A stretch of DNA of 64,000 bases from Alistipes sp. (GTDB lineage: Bacteria > Bacillota > Clostridia > Oscillospirales > Ruminococcaceae), in assembly GCA_023667265.1 (NCBI GenBank), contig JAMPAJ010000002.1:101334-165333 (forward strand). The letters are read 5' to 3'. Of this stretch, positions 8,947 through 19,041 are shown piece after piece. The notes under the pieces are model-generated. The model did no database searches, was not told where the DNA came from, and saw only the letters and a list, made by a program, of their open reading frames with translations. The translations under genes and the position numbers were made by a program. Every line of letters starts with the position of its first letter. Position 1 is the stretch's first letter.

Positions 8947-9435
8947 ATGTCAGACCGCGAAATCCGGAAAACTCTCGGAGTAATGGTTGAATGCGCAAAG
9001 CTGACACCCGAAATCTTCGCAAAAGCGATTGAAGATATGCTGAAAAACATCTCCGACAAAAATCCGCAAGGGAAAACAAGCCTTAACAAACTGATGAAAA
9101 CAGGCAAGGTTGACAGCATAGAGGTCAGCGACAGCAATATCGGCAGTTTTACACAGACTGCCAAAAAGTACGACCTTACATATGCCTTGAAGCGCGTTCA
9201 GGACGAGAACGGCAAAAAACAGTATCTTGTCTGTTTCCACGGCAAAGACTTAGAAACTATGCAGAAAGCGTTTAAGGAATATTCCTACAAGCAGACCCAT
9301 AAGAAAGAAACGCTTTTCAGCAGAAAGAAAATTGCTGAAATTCAGGTATCCGCTCCCGAACACGATAACGACCGCAGCAGAAGCAAGCAAAAGGAACACA
9401 AAAAAGAACGTTCCGACAAAAATATCAGTCTGTGA
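8947..9435 (+). CDS. PcfB/DUF3801 family conjugation accessory protein
   Basis: GKTSLNKLMK, SIEVSDSNIGSFTQTAKKYDLTYALK, YLVCFHGKDLETMQKAFKEY; immediately upstream of virD4. Confidence 0.8.
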   Translation: MSDREIRKTLGVMVECAKLTPEIFAKAIEDMLKNISDKNPQGKTSLNKLMKTGKVDSIEVSDSNIGSFTQTAKKYDLTYALKRVQDENGKKQYLVCFHGKDLETMQKAFKEYSYKQTHKKETLFSRKKIAEIQVSAPEHDNDRSRSKQKEHKKERSDKNISL

Positions 9436-9651
9436 GGTGAGCTGCAATGACTGATAAGAAAAAATTGGGAAAGTTCAGCTCCGCACACAAGAGAACAGAA
9501 AAAGATATTAAGTGGTATATTCGTTATCTTTATGTTGGCAAAGAGCCGAATTTAAAGCGTGTGGGCGGTTCAGGCAGCGGAAAAACAAGATTTTTTATAA
9601 AGCCAAATCTTATGCCGAAGAAGTGAGGTGAGCTGCAATGACTGATAAGAA
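9432..9651 (+). repeat. 29-bp direct repeat (9432-9460 and 9623-9651) duplicating the virD4 translation start
   Basis: GTGAGGTGAGCTGCAATGACTGATAAGAA present twice, exact. Confidence 0.9.
9447..9626 (+). CDS. 59-aa mini-ORF with the VirD4 start and Walker A segment
   Basis: MTDKKKLGKFSSAHKRTEKDIKWYIRYLYVGKEPNLKRVGGSGSGKTRFFIKPNLMPKK*; same RBS as virD4. Confidence 0.55.
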   Translation: MTDKKKLGKFSSAHKRTEKDIKWYIRYLYVGKEPNLKRVGGSGSGKTRFFIKPNLMPKK

Positions 9652-11476
9652 GAAAAAACCTCTTATTTCTCCCGACAGTATTCTCGGAAAAATGCTTGCG
9701 GACTTGAAAAAAGTTTTTAAGAGGAAAGCAAAGTTTGATAAAAAGACGGTTATCGGACTTTTGCCGCTGATTATTATCGCTTGGTTGGGAAATAAAATTT
9801 ACTGCGCTTACAGACTTAACGGTCTGACAATGGAAATGTTCACAGCGGTGAACGATATGTTTTCAAATCCCGTGCCGAGTTTCAATAAATCTGATTTACT
9901 GGCAGGACTTGTAGCGGCGGCAGCTTTCAAGCTGTTTCTGTATATCAAGAAGAAAAACAAGAAAAACTACCGAGATAAGGAAGAATACGGCTCTGCACGT
10001 TGGGGAACGGCAAAGGATATTGAACCGTATGTTGATACGGAAAATCCCCAAAACAATATAATCCTCACTCAGACCGAGAGCCTGACTATGAACGGCAGAG
10101 TGCCAAATCCGAAATATGCCCGAAATAAAAACATACTTATTGTGGGCGGTTCGGGCAGCGGCAAAACAAGATTTTTCGTAAAGCCTAACATTATGCAAAT
10201 GCACAGCAGCTATGTTGTTACCGACCCGAAAGGCACGATAGTTTTGGAGTGCGGAAAAATGCTCCAAAAAGCAGGATACCGCATAAAAGTCATAAATACG
10301 ATAAATATGGACAAGTCAATGCACTACAATCCTTTTGCCTATCTGCACGGTGAGGAAGATATTCTGAACCTTGCAAACACCATTATCACCAACACCAAAG
10401 GCGAGGGAGACAAAAGCGGCGAGGACTTTTGGGTAAAGGCTGAAAGACTGCTGTATGTTGCATTTATCGCCCTTATATATTACGAATTTCCCGAAGAAGA
10501 AAAGAATTTCGGTACGCTGTTATGGCTTATAAACCAGTGTGAAACACGGGAGGACGACGAAACGTTCAAGAACCGTGTTGACCTTACTTTTGAGCTGCTT
10601 GAAAAGAAAAAGGGCGAAGACCATTTCGCGGTAAGGCAGTACAAAAAATACAAACTTGCGGCAGGAAAGACCGCAAAATCTATCCTTATTTCGTGCGGCG
10701 CGAGACTTGCGCCGTTTGACATAGAAAAAGTCAGAAAAATGATGACTTACGACGAAATGGAACTTGATACGCTCGGAGACCCCGACCAAAAGACGGCTCT
10801 GTTCGTGATAGTTTCGGACACGTCGGCAACATTTAACTTTATTATTGCGATGTTGTACACACAGCTTTTCAATCTGCTCTGTACCGTCGCTGATGATAAA
10901 TACGGCGGCAGACTGCCTACGCACGTTCGCTGTCTGCTTGATGAGTTTGCGAACATCGGGCAAATCCCGAATTTTGACAAGCTCATAGCCACTATCAGAA
11001 GCCGTGAAATATCGGCAAGTATCATTTTGCAGTCCAAATCGCAGCTTAAAGCGATTTATAAAGATAACGCCGACACCATAATCGGCAACTGCGACACAGA
11101 ACTGTTTCTCGGCGGAAAGGAAAAGTCAACGCTCAAGGAGTTATCCGAAATTTTAGGTAAACAGACTATTGACCTTTTCACCACATCGGAAACAAGAGGA
11201 CAGTCGCAGTCATCGGGGACTAACTACAACAGAACAGGGAGGGAGCTGATGTCACAGGACGAAATCGCGGTAATGGACGGCGGCAAGTGCATTATGCAAA
11301 TCAGAGGAACGAGAGCTTTTTTCTCCGATAAATTTGACATTACAAAGCACGAACGCTACAAGGAATTATCGGATTTCGACCCTAAAAACACATTTGACAT
11401 AACGGGATATGTCAAAGCAAACGCTAAAATCAAGAAAAACGACGAAATAGAAATCATGTCCCGAATGGTTTTCTGA
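9638..11476 (+). CDS. virD4: Type IV coupling protein VirD4/TraG
   Basis: N-terminal TMs, YGSARWG, Walker A GGSGSGKT, LLDEFANIG, RSREIS..LQSKSQL. Confidence 0.95.
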   Translation: MTDKKKKPLISPDSILGKMLADLKKVFKRKAKFDKKTVIGLLPLIIIAWLGNKIYCAYRLNGLTMEMFTAVNDMFSNPVPSFNKSDLLAGLVAAAAFKLFLYIKKKNKKNYRDKEEYGSARWGTAKDIEPYVDTENPQNNIILTQTESLTMNGRVPNPKYARNKNILIVGGSGSGKTRFFVKPNIMQMHSSYVVTDPKGTIVLECGKMLQKAGYRIKVINTINMDKSMHYNPFAYLHGEEDILNLANTIITNTKGEGDKSGEDFWVKAERLLYVAFIALIYYEFPEEEKNFGTLLWLINQCETREDDETFKNRVDLTFELLEKKKGEDHFAVRQYKKYKLAAGKTAKSILISCGARLAPFDIEKVRKMMTYDEMELDTLGDPDQKTALFVIVSDTSATFNFIIAMLYTQLFNLLCTVADDKYGGRLPTHVRCLLDEFANIGQIPNFDKLIATIRSREISASIILQSKSQLKAIYKDNADTIIGNCDTELFLGGKEKSTLKELSEILGKQTIDLFTTSETRGQSQSSGTNYNRTGRELMSQDEIAVMDGGKCIMQIRGTRAFFSDKFDITKHERYKELSDFDPKNTFDITGYVKANAKIKKNDEIEIMSRMVF

Positions 11477-11507
11477 ACGTCAAAAAAATTTATGGAGGTA
11501 ATTTAAA

Positions 11508-11729
11508 ATGTCATTTTTTACAGACGCAGTAGGAGTATTACAAACGGTACTTACACTTATAGGCGCAGGCTTAGGCGGTTGGGGAATTGTTAATCTTCTC
11601 GAAGCCTACGGTTCTGACAATGCCGGAGGAAAATCTCAGGGTATGAAGCAGCTTATGGGCGGTGGCGGAATTATTCTTCTCGCTCAGATACTCATTCCTA
11701 AGCTGAACGGTCTTATGTCAACGTCCTGA
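11508..11729 (+). CDS. Maff2 family protein (VirB2-like pilin)
   Basis: AGLGGWGIVNLLEAYGSDNAGGKSQGMKQLMGGGGI; position directly after virD4. Confidence 0.85.
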   Translation: MSFFTDAVGVLQTVLTLIGAGLGGWGIVNLLEAYGSDNAGGKSQGMKQLMGGGGIILLAQILIPKLNGLMSTS

Positions 11730-11747
11730 TGTGTCACCGTGACACAC
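11729..11747. repeat. ICE palindrome copy 1
   Basis: ATGTGTCAC-C-GTGACACAC, directly at the Maff2 stop codon. Confidence 0.9.
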
Positions 11748-11757
11748 TTTAATTAAG

Positions 11758-11787
11758 ATGTCGTCACGAATAAAATCGTGACGACAT
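11758..11787. other. Perfect 12-bp hairpin between the pilin and virB6 genes
   Basis: ATGTCGTCACGA-ATAAAA-TCGTGACGACAT. Confidence 0.7.
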
Positions 11788-11800
11788 AAAACTTTGGGAG

Positions 11801-12748
11801 GTGATTTATTTGGGCGTAGTAAGCGACGCAATTGACGGTATAAAGGACGGAATTGTAGACGCAATAGAAGAATTTATGCAAAAAACATTGGGCGGTATGA
11901 TTGAAACGGTTACCACCAATGCCGCCGGCTGCATGGAGGACGCAATTCTTGACGCAGGCAGCAAAGTTTCTGAAACTCCGAGCGGTTGGCTTAGCGGGGC
12001 AGTATCCGGACGTTCTCCGTATGAAATTCTTCAAAATGTTTCAAATACTGCAATTATGCCTGTTGCAATAGGCATAATGTCAATTATAATCTGCTATGAC
12101 CTGATTACAGCCTGTACCGACAAAAACAGTTTCAAAGATTTTGATACATCAATATTTTTCCGATTTATTGTTAAAGCGTGGGTAGCGATTTACTTTATGA
12201 ATAACTGCTTCACGATTTTTTCAGGAATATTTGACATTGGAGCGGCAATAGTTGGAAAAACAACAGCGATAATTACTTCAACGGACGTTTCAATAACAGA
12301 ACAATTAGCGACAGCTTTTTCGGGAAGTTGGTACAAAGATTTCTCTGTTGGAGACCTTGCCGGTTCGCTTTTGCTGTCACTGTTTACTTATGTGGCTTCG
12401 TTAGCCATATTTGTCATTATAACGGTCGTCACGGCGGGACGAATGATAGAAATAATGATTTACTTTTGTTCTGCCCCTATTCCGTTTGCAACAATGACCA
12501 ACAAGGAGTGGAGTCACGTCGGTTTTTCATTCTTGAAAACCCTGCTTGCCTTTGCGCTCCAATCATTTATCATAATTGTTATACTTGTTCTGTTTGAAGT
12601 CATTTTCAACGCAGAGGTTGTGTCCTCACTTGCAGGTTTGGAGACCCTTTCGGGAGCATTGTTGAAATGGTTAGGCTATGCTGTAGTATGCTGCTTTATG
12701 CTGTTAAAATCGGGAAGTATAGCAAAATCAATCTGCGGAACGCATTAA
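11801..12748 (+). CDS. VirB6-like conjugation membrane protein
   Basis: Multi-TM; GRMIEIMIYFCSAPIPFAT, LLKSGSIAKSI. Confidence 0.85.
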   Translation: MIYLGVVSDAIDGIKDGIVDAIEEFMQKTLGGMIETVTTNAAGCMEDAILDAGSKVSETPSGWLSGAVSGRSPYEILQNVSNTAIMPVAIGIMSIIICYDLITACTDKNSFKDFDTSIFFRFIVKAWVAIYFMNNCFTIFSGIFDIGAAIVGKTTAIITSTDVSITEQLATAFSGSWYKDFSVGDLAGSLLLSLFTYVASLAIFVIITVVTAGRMIEIMIYFCSAPIPFATMTNKEWSHVGFSFLKTLLAFALQSFIIIVILVLFEVIFNAEVVSSLAGLETLSGALLKWLGYAVVCCFMLLKSGSIAKSICGTH

Positions 12749-12760
12749 GGAGGTCGGGAA

Positions 12761-13150
12761 ATGGCTTTATATATGAAAATACCAAAAGATATGAACAATA
12801 TCAAGGACACGGTAATGTTCAAAATGACAAAACGGCAGCTCATTTTCAACGCTATTGGCTTAGCATTGGGTTTTACAGTATTTTGGCTGACATACAAATC
12901 TCTTGGAACAAGCACGGCAGGAATTTTTCTGTTTTGTCTCGGAGGTCCTTTCTTCATAATGGGAATATATGAAAAAAACGGATTTACGCTTGAAAAAATC
13001 CTGCTGAACTTTATACGGTACAAGCTATGTCCGCAGATACGACCGTATAAGACGGAAAATATTTATCGCAAAATCGCGGAAGAAATTGAATATAAGAAAG
13101 AGGTGGAAATGCTTGAAACAGGCAGAAAAAAAGTCAAACTCAAAAACTAA
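12761..13150 (+). CDS. prgI: PrgI family protein (VirB3-like)
   Basis: IPKDMNNIKDTVMFKMTKRQLI, two TMs, YEKNGFTLEK. Confidence 0.85.
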   Translation: MALYMKIPKDMNNIKDTVMFKMTKRQLIFNAIGLALGFTVFWLTYKSLGTSTAGIFLFCLGGPFFIMGIYEKNGFTLEKILLNFIRYKLCPQIRPYKTENIYRKIAEEIEYKKEVEMLETGRKKVKLKN

Positions 13151-15605
13151 GACTAAAACCGTGCCGCTTTCAAAAGCGGAATATGAAACCGTAAAGCAAA
13201 GCGTTTCGGCAAAGGAAAAGCAGCGAAACGCTGTCAAGCTGCCGCAAACTTCACAGCAGTCTATACCATTTGACTATATGACCAAAGACGGCATCGCAGT
13301 GTCGAGCGAACCTGAAAAATTCTCGCTTATGGCTTTTCTGTTCGGCAAAAAGAAGCCTGTGGAAACACGGTACAGCAAAACGGTACAGTTTTACGACGTT
13401 GACTATGAAATAGCGGAGGTTTCAAAACAGCAGAATATTTTCGCTAAATATTGCAGTCTGCTGAACTGCTTTGACAGCAGCGTGAAATTTCAGATTTCAG
13501 TTGTAAACGTTACAAACGACAATGATTTTGAGGACATAATAGAGCTGCCGGAACGTGACGATGATTTCAACGATATTCGCAAGGAATACTGTGATATGCT
13601 CCGTGAGAAACTTGCAAAGGGCAATAACGGCTTTATCCGAGTGAATTATATAACCTTTTCCATAACGGAAAAAAACATCAATAAGGCTCGTCAGCAGCTT
13701 ACGGGAATTGAAAAGGACGTTATTCGTGCGTTTAAATCGTTCGGTGTGGCGGCTGTTCCGCTGAACGGCGAGGAAAGACTGTTTGCAATGTACAAAATGC
13801 TTCATCAGTATTCTGACGACCCGTTTCTGTGCGATTTTGACAGTATGCCGGAAGCCGGATATATGCCAAAGGACTATATTGCTCCGTCCTCGCTCAATTT
13901 TTCCAAAAAGAACGAGTTTAAGTGCGGAAACTTCTGCGGTTCTACATTTTCTATCAATTTGCTTGCTTCGGAAGTATCGGACAGGTTTCTTTCAGACCTT
14001 ATGGATACTGAAAATCCCATAGCGTTTAATATGCACTTCACGGCAGTAGACAACCTTGAAGCCAAAAAATTCGTCAAGCTGAAATTATCAAACGTTGAAA
14101 AAATGAAAGTTGACGAACAGAAAAAGGCGGCGCAGCAAGGCTATGATATGGACATTCTTCCTCCCGACATGAAAACATACATAAACGAGCTTAACATTAT
14201 GCTTGACGATTTGGAGAACAAGAACGAGAGAATGTTTCTTGTAACTATTCTTGTAACCAATTTTGCTAAAAGCGGAAAAATGCTGAGCGTATGCAACGAC
14301 AGGCTGAACCGTATTGTTTTACAGGCTAATTCACAGCTCATTCCTCTTGATTACAGGCAGGATTTGGGACTGGCTTCAATTCTTCCTCTTGCGGAAAACA
14401 GAATTGAAATAGAACGCCGCCTGACTACAAGCTCTGCGGCAATATTTCTCCCGTTTGCCACAAAAGAAATTTTTATAGGCGGTGAAGCCGTTTATTACGG
14501 TCTTAATCAGATTTCCGACAATATGATTATGGCTGACAGAAAACAGCTTGACAATCCCAACGGTATCGTGTTGGGTGTTCCAGGCGGCGGTAAATCGTTT
14601 CAGGTTAAATGCGAAATAGCTCCGGTGTTTCTGTTCACAGACGATGATATTATGATTTGCGACCCCGAAGATGAGTATCATCCGCTTGTCAAGGAATTTC
14701 ACGGTCAGGTTATTGAAATTTCAAGCGACAGCTCGGACTATATCAATCCTATGGATATTGACCGGAACAGCGGTGAGGAAGATATTATCGGTGTAAAATC
14801 GGAATTTATCATCTCTCTTTGCGAGCTTGTAGCAGGAGGGAAATACGGACTTGACCCGCAGGAAATTTCAATTATTGACCGCTGTGTAAGAAATCTGTAC
14901 ATAAATTTTTTCACGGCAATGGAAAAAGCAACCGATGAGGAATTTAATGCAAATATGCCGATTTTAGGCGATTTGCAGGTAGCTCTTTTAGAGACAGGGG
15001 AGGAATACGCAAAACGTGTTGCAAATGCCCTTGAAATTTACGTTACGGGTTCTTTAAATATCTTCAATCACCATACAAACGTTGATTTGAATAACCGTAT
15101 TGTCTGCTATAACATCAAAAAGCTGAAAAATACCCTTAGAAAACTTGGTATGCTGATAGTACAAGACCAAGTATGGAACAAGGTTTCAATGAACAGAGGT
15201 GAAAAATCCACATGGTACTATATGGACGAATTTCACTTGCTGCTCAAAGAAGAACAGACCGCAAAATATTCAGTTGAGATGTGGAAACGTTTCAGAAAAT
15301 GGGGCGGTATTCCTACCGGACTTACGCAGAACGTAAACGATTTTCTTTCTTCAAAAGAAGTTGAGTCCATTTTCGACAATTCGCAGTTTGTCATAATGCT
15401 GAAACAGGCAGTCGGAGACGTTGACGTACTTGCACAGAAATTAAAAATTTCTCCCTCACAGCAGAAATATATTGAAAGCACTGTGCAGAGGGGCAGCGGT
15501 CTTATTTACTATGGCGGAAGTATTCTGCCGTTCAATAATCAGTTCCCGACTGATACAAAGCTGTACAGACTTATGACAACCAAACCGCAGGAAAGTATGA
15601 TTTGA
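13086..15605 (+). CDS. virB4: VirB4-like conjugation ATPase
   Basis: Walker A GVPGGGKS, YMDEFHLLL, RFRKWGGIPTGLTQN. Exact start uncertain. Confidence 0.93.
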   Translation: MNIRKRWKCLKQAEKKSNSKTKTKTVPLSKAEYETVKQSVSAKEKQRNAVKLPQTSQQSIPFDYMTKDGIAVSSEPEKFSLMAFLFGKKKPVETRYSKTVQFYDVDYEIAEVSKQQNIFAKYCSLLNCFDSSVKFQISVVNVTNDNDFEDIIELPERDDDFNDIRKEYCDMLREKLAKGNNGFIRVNYITFSITEKNINKARQQLTGIEKDVIRAFKSFGVAAVPLNGEERLFAMYKMLHQYSDDPFLCDFDSMPEAGYMPKDYIAPSSLNFSKKNEFKCGNFCGSTFSINLLASEVSDRFLSDLMDTENPIAFNMHFTAVDNLEAKKFVKLKLSNVEKMKVDEQKKAAQQGYDMDILPPDMKTYINELNIMLDDLENKNERMFLVTILVTNFAKSGKMLSVCNDRLNRIVLQANSQLIPLDYRQDLGLASILPLAENRIEIERRLTTSSAAIFLPFATKEIFIGGEAVYYGLNQISDNMIMADRKQLDNPNGIVLGVPGGGKSFQVKCEIAPVFLFTDDDIMICDPEDEYHPLVKEFHGQVIEISSDSSDYINPMDIDRNSGEEDIIGVKSEFIISLCELVAGGKYGLDPQEISIIDRCVRNLYINFFTAMEKATDEEFNANMPILGDLQVALLETGEEYAKRVANALEIYVTGSLNIFNHHTNVDLNNRIVCYNIKKLKNTLRKLGMLIVQDQVWNKVSMNRGEKSTWYYMDEFHLLLKEEQTAKYSVEMWKRFRKWGGIPTGLTQNVNDFLSSKEVESIFDNSQFVIMLKQAVGDVDVLAQKLKISPSQQKYIESTVQRGSGLIYYGGSILPFNNQFPTDTKLYRLMTTKPQESMI

Positions 15606-15606
15606 G

Positions 15607-18600
15607 GTGAGTTATGTGAGCAGTCGTGACGAACAGCTAAAAGCATTGGAAGCTGCCGTAAAAAGTGCGGAAAGCAAGCTGAAATCGGCAGAAATGACGG
15701 TAAAAGATGTTGAGGGCAAAATAAAGTCGGCTGACGAAGCCTTTGAACAAAAACTTGCCGAAAAAGCAGCAGGATACAAAGAACAGACCGGAGCTGATTT
15801 CAGCCGTACAGTTGACGAAAACGGCAGAGTTACTTATTCTTTCAGCCGTGAAAAAGCTGAAAATGAGCGCAAGAACAGCCGTAATCTGACAATAAAGCGG
15901 TATTTTGACAGCGAAACGGGAAAAGTCCGGCACAAGGTTGAGCTTGCCGAAAACGACAGTCAGACCGTAGCTGTAAATTCGGCAAAAGACCTTAAAAAAC
16001 CGAAAAACAGGAAAAGGTATATTGCATATAACCTGTTCGGCTATCGGAAATTGGAGTTAAGTAATACATTCCTTGATACAGTCGGAAAGCCGTTAATCGT
16101 CCCTATTCAGACTGCTGCACGTCTTGCTGAAAAAGTCAGGGAAACACCTGTCGGCAAAGGTGCTTCGGGTGCTGCAAAAATTGTTTCTGCTCCTATCGTT
16201 ATTCCTGCAAAAATAATCAAGGAAATTGCCGATAAAGGCGGAGTAATTCACGCTGTTACAGACTTGGGCAGTAAAATTAAAATTGAGGGATATAACGTTC
16301 CGAAACCTTTAGCAACAGGACTGCACGCCGTTTCAGCCACGGCAAAGGGAGCTGAAACTGCTGCGGTCGGCACGGCAAAAGGCTTGGGAAAATTCTCAAT
16401 TGAGATTGCCAAAGAGCAGCTTTATCAGAAAATCAATGAGGGAATTGCCGAAAACGAGGGAACACAGGCGGCTTATGTTATCGGTGTCAGAGTTATTGAC
16501 GTTTACAAGGTTCTCCACGAACATGCAAAATTTAAGCGCGCTGTAAGGAGAGACAAGGCAGGAAACGATATTACTGATGTAAATGTTTCCCGTTATCTTG
16601 CGGAAAAGGAAGAAAAGAAGTTCGGCAAAAATAAGGATAAATTGGAAGCGGAAAAAGCAGCGGCTGATTATTCGGCTGACGGTGCAAGGAAAGAGTATGA
16701 AGCGGCAAAGGCAAGACTTGACAAATATTGTAAAGAACACGGCATTTCTGTTTCAGAAGTTCCGAAAGCTCCCACATCAGAAGCTGTTTCTGAAAAGCCA
16801 AAACTTACCAAAACCGAAAAGAAAATTGAAAAGACCAAACTCAAGTTAAAATCTGTTCAGAAACATAAATACAGGCTTAAAAGGCAAAAAGTCTTTGACG
16901 AAAGAAAAGGAGAAGTCGTTACAAAGACAATACTTGCAAGGGTAGAAGTTACCGGAACAAAGCCAATGACAGCTTTGCAGACAGGTAAAAAGCTCGGAGG
17001 ACTGGCTGTTCGTGATACTGCTATGAGTATGCGCCGAAAGGCAATGAGAGACGGCGGCGATAATGCAGGAGTTGAAGCCGCTAATTTTGCTATCACTGCT
17101 TATCAACAGACAAGTCGAGCCGCTAAAACCTTGAATGAAAAGGGACGGCAATGGTCGGAACGCTTTTATGAACGAAAGCTGCAAAAGCTGAACAACGCGA
17201 AAAAACTTGAAGAACAGACAATTCCAAAGAGCAAAGCATATGAAAAAAATCCGACGGATAAAAAAAGAAAAAAGAAATCCGGAAATCAGAAGCATATGCA
17301 GAAAAAGAGAACTCAGAGGAAAGTCTACAACCGCAGAAAAAAGGAAAGAGAAGTCTTTAAAAACATTATTAACGATGTCAAAGGTTTTGTTTTCAAGCAA
17401 ATAAAGGGCGCAGGAATTGTAATTGGCGGAATAGTGGCTATTGTTATTCTGCCTATGCTGTTTCTCACAATGTGCGGCGGAGGTGGCGGTCTTGCTTCAT
17501 CAGGTGTATTTACAAGTCCGCTTGATTTATACGATATTGGTTCTATTGACCTTTATTACACGGAACTTGCAAAAGATATGATTGATGTTCATCAGAATAT
17601 TGAAAACTATTATGTTGATTATGACAAGTATGTCTGTCTAACAGAAATAAACGAAATCAGTCATTCGCCGACTAAGCTTCTGCCGTATATTATGGCTGAT
17701 ACTGATTTCCAATTAAACGACGTTATAATTGACGAAGCGGCGGACGTTCGGATAATGGAAAGCGCAAAATCAAAGGTCAAATCAATTTTCAACGCGCAGT
17801 ATGAATTTTATGCAAATGAAATTCACGAGGTGAGAAAGGACGTAAAAACCGTCACATATTCAAACGAGGACAGTTACTATTCACTGTTTGGTACGTCTGA
17901 ATATAACCTTGAAAGACCGGAGGGTTTTGATATTCCAGACCCGCTTAAATCGTCCGGATACACAGGATATGCAAATACTTATGTGCACGTTGAAGTACCG
18001 ATTATCAACGGCTATATTATCAATACGATTGACAATATAGGCAGATATACGGACATAAACGGAAATACTACAGAATATGACGATATGCGGACAATGACGT
18101 TCTATAACTATTGGCAGATAACTCTTGTGTTTGATTATATGGAGGACGGCGAATATCAGGAATACTGGAAATATACCGAACAGCGGCAGGAGTATTTTGA
18201 ATATGACTATTATACCCTTGAATACGCTATCAGGGAAAGGCAAATCGACGTTCCCGAAAGTTACTGGTCTGATACGGACGAAAACTGGCAGGACAATAAT
18301 TTTAACAGGCTGATTTACAATTTGGTGTCAGATATGGACGGAAATGAACAGGCATTTTTCTATGGGTATCTTGCGTTTAATATGGGACGGCAAATATTCA
18401 AAAGTCCTTTTCCGGATGCTCAGATAGCAAAATATTCAGGGTACAACACTGATATTTACGGTGATATGTCGCTTGAAAACAGCATTATTTTCTATTCTTC
18501 TCCAGGGCAGGAAATAGTATGCGGTACTGACGGAGAAATTACTGTAACAGATAACGGATTTTCGATATATAACAAAAAATATGGAACGCTCTACTATGAG

Positions 18601-18735
18601 GGAGCGACTGCTCCAAATGTGCAGACCGGTACTAAAGGCACAGTCGTTTCTACTGCAACAGGCGATACGCTGAAAGTAACTTATATTGACAAAAATGGAA
18701 ATTATGTCAATCCGCTGTTTGCTTTCACTAATTAA
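15607..18735 (+). CDS. CD1108-like large conjugation protein with a degenerate M23-like C-terminal domain
   Basis: Basic coiled-coil N-terminus and one TM; C-terminus FKSPF...GQEIVCGTDGEITV...KNGNYVNPL matches M23 architecture but lacks the catalytic His residues. VirB1 position in the operon. Confidence 0.7.
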   Translation: MSYVSSRDEQLKALEAAVKSAESKLKSAEMTVKDVEGKIKSADEAFEQKLAEKAAGYKEQTGADFSRTVDENGRVTYSFSREKAENERKNSRNLTIKRYFDSETGKVRHKVELAENDSQTVAVNSAKDLKKPKNRKRYIAYNLFGYRKLELSNTFLDTVGKPLIVPIQTAARLAEKVRETPVGKGASGAAKIVSAPIVIPAKIIKEIADKGGVIHAVTDLGSKIKIEGYNVPKPLATGLHAVSATAKGAETAAVGTAKGLGKFSIEIAKEQLYQKINEGIAENEGTQAAYVIGVRVIDVYKVLHEHAKFKRAVRRDKAGNDITDVNVSRYLAEKEEKKFGKNKDKLEAEKAAADYSADGARKEYEAAKARLDKYCKEHGISVSEVPKAPTSEAVSEKPKLTKTEKKIEKTKLKLKSVQKHKYRLKRQKVFDERKGEVVTKTILARVEVTGTKPMTALQTGKKLGGLAVRDTAMSMRRKAMRDGGDNAGVEAANFAITAYQQTSRAAKTLNEKGRQWSERFYERKLQKLNNAKKLEEQTIPKSKAYEKNPTDKKRKKKSGNQKHMQKKRTQRKVYNRRKKEREVFKNIINDVKGFVFKQIKGAGIVIGGIVAIVILPMLFLTMCGGGGGLASSGVFTSPLDLYDIGSIDLYYTELAKDMIDVHQNIENYYVDYDKYVCLTEINEISHSPTKLLPYIMADTDFQLNDVIIDEAADVRIMESAKSKVKSIFNAQYEFYANEIHEVRKDVKTVTYSNEDSYYSLFGTSEYNLERPEGFDIPDPLKSSGYTGYANTYVHVEVPIINGYIINTIDNIGRYTDINGNTTEYDDMRTMTFYNYWQITLVFDYMEDGEYQEYWKYTEQRQEYFEYDYYTLEYAIRERQIDVPESYWSDTDENWQDNNFNRLIYNLVSDMDGNEQAFFYGYLAFNMGRQIFKSPFPDAQIAKYSGYNTDIYGDMSLENSIIFYSSPGQEIVCGTDGEITVTDNGFSIYNKKYGTLYYEGATAPNVQTGTKGTVVSTATGDTLKVTYIDKNGNYVNPLFAFTN

Positions 18736-18756
18736 TTGAAAGGAGATTTAATTACA

Positions 18757-19041
18757 ATGAAAAAAATTTCAACCGCAAAGAAAAAGACCGCTAAGCTGAA
18801 CGCTGAAATACAGCAGCTTGAAGCGCAGATAGCAGACAGCAATAAAAGATTGTCTGCTTTGAAAGAAGCCAAAACAGAAGCAGAAAACACAGAAATTATT
18901 TCTATTATACGAGGTGCGGATTTATCCGTTGACGATATAGCAGAACTGATTTCGGACTTAACCGCAGTGAAAAAAACTCCGCAGCAGTCTGAGAAACAGG
19001 CAGCGGACACGGATTTGAAAGGAGAGGAAATTGCCATATGA
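18757..19041 (+). CDS. DUF4315-like small coiled-coil protein
   Basis: KLNAEIQQLEAQI...KTEAENTEIISIIRGADLSVDDI; RBS GAAAGGAG. Confidence 0.75.
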   Translation: MKKISTAKKKTAKLNAEIQQLEAQIADSNKRLSALKEAKTEAENTEIISIIRGADLSVDDIAELISDLTAVKKTPQQSEKQAADTDLKGEEIAI

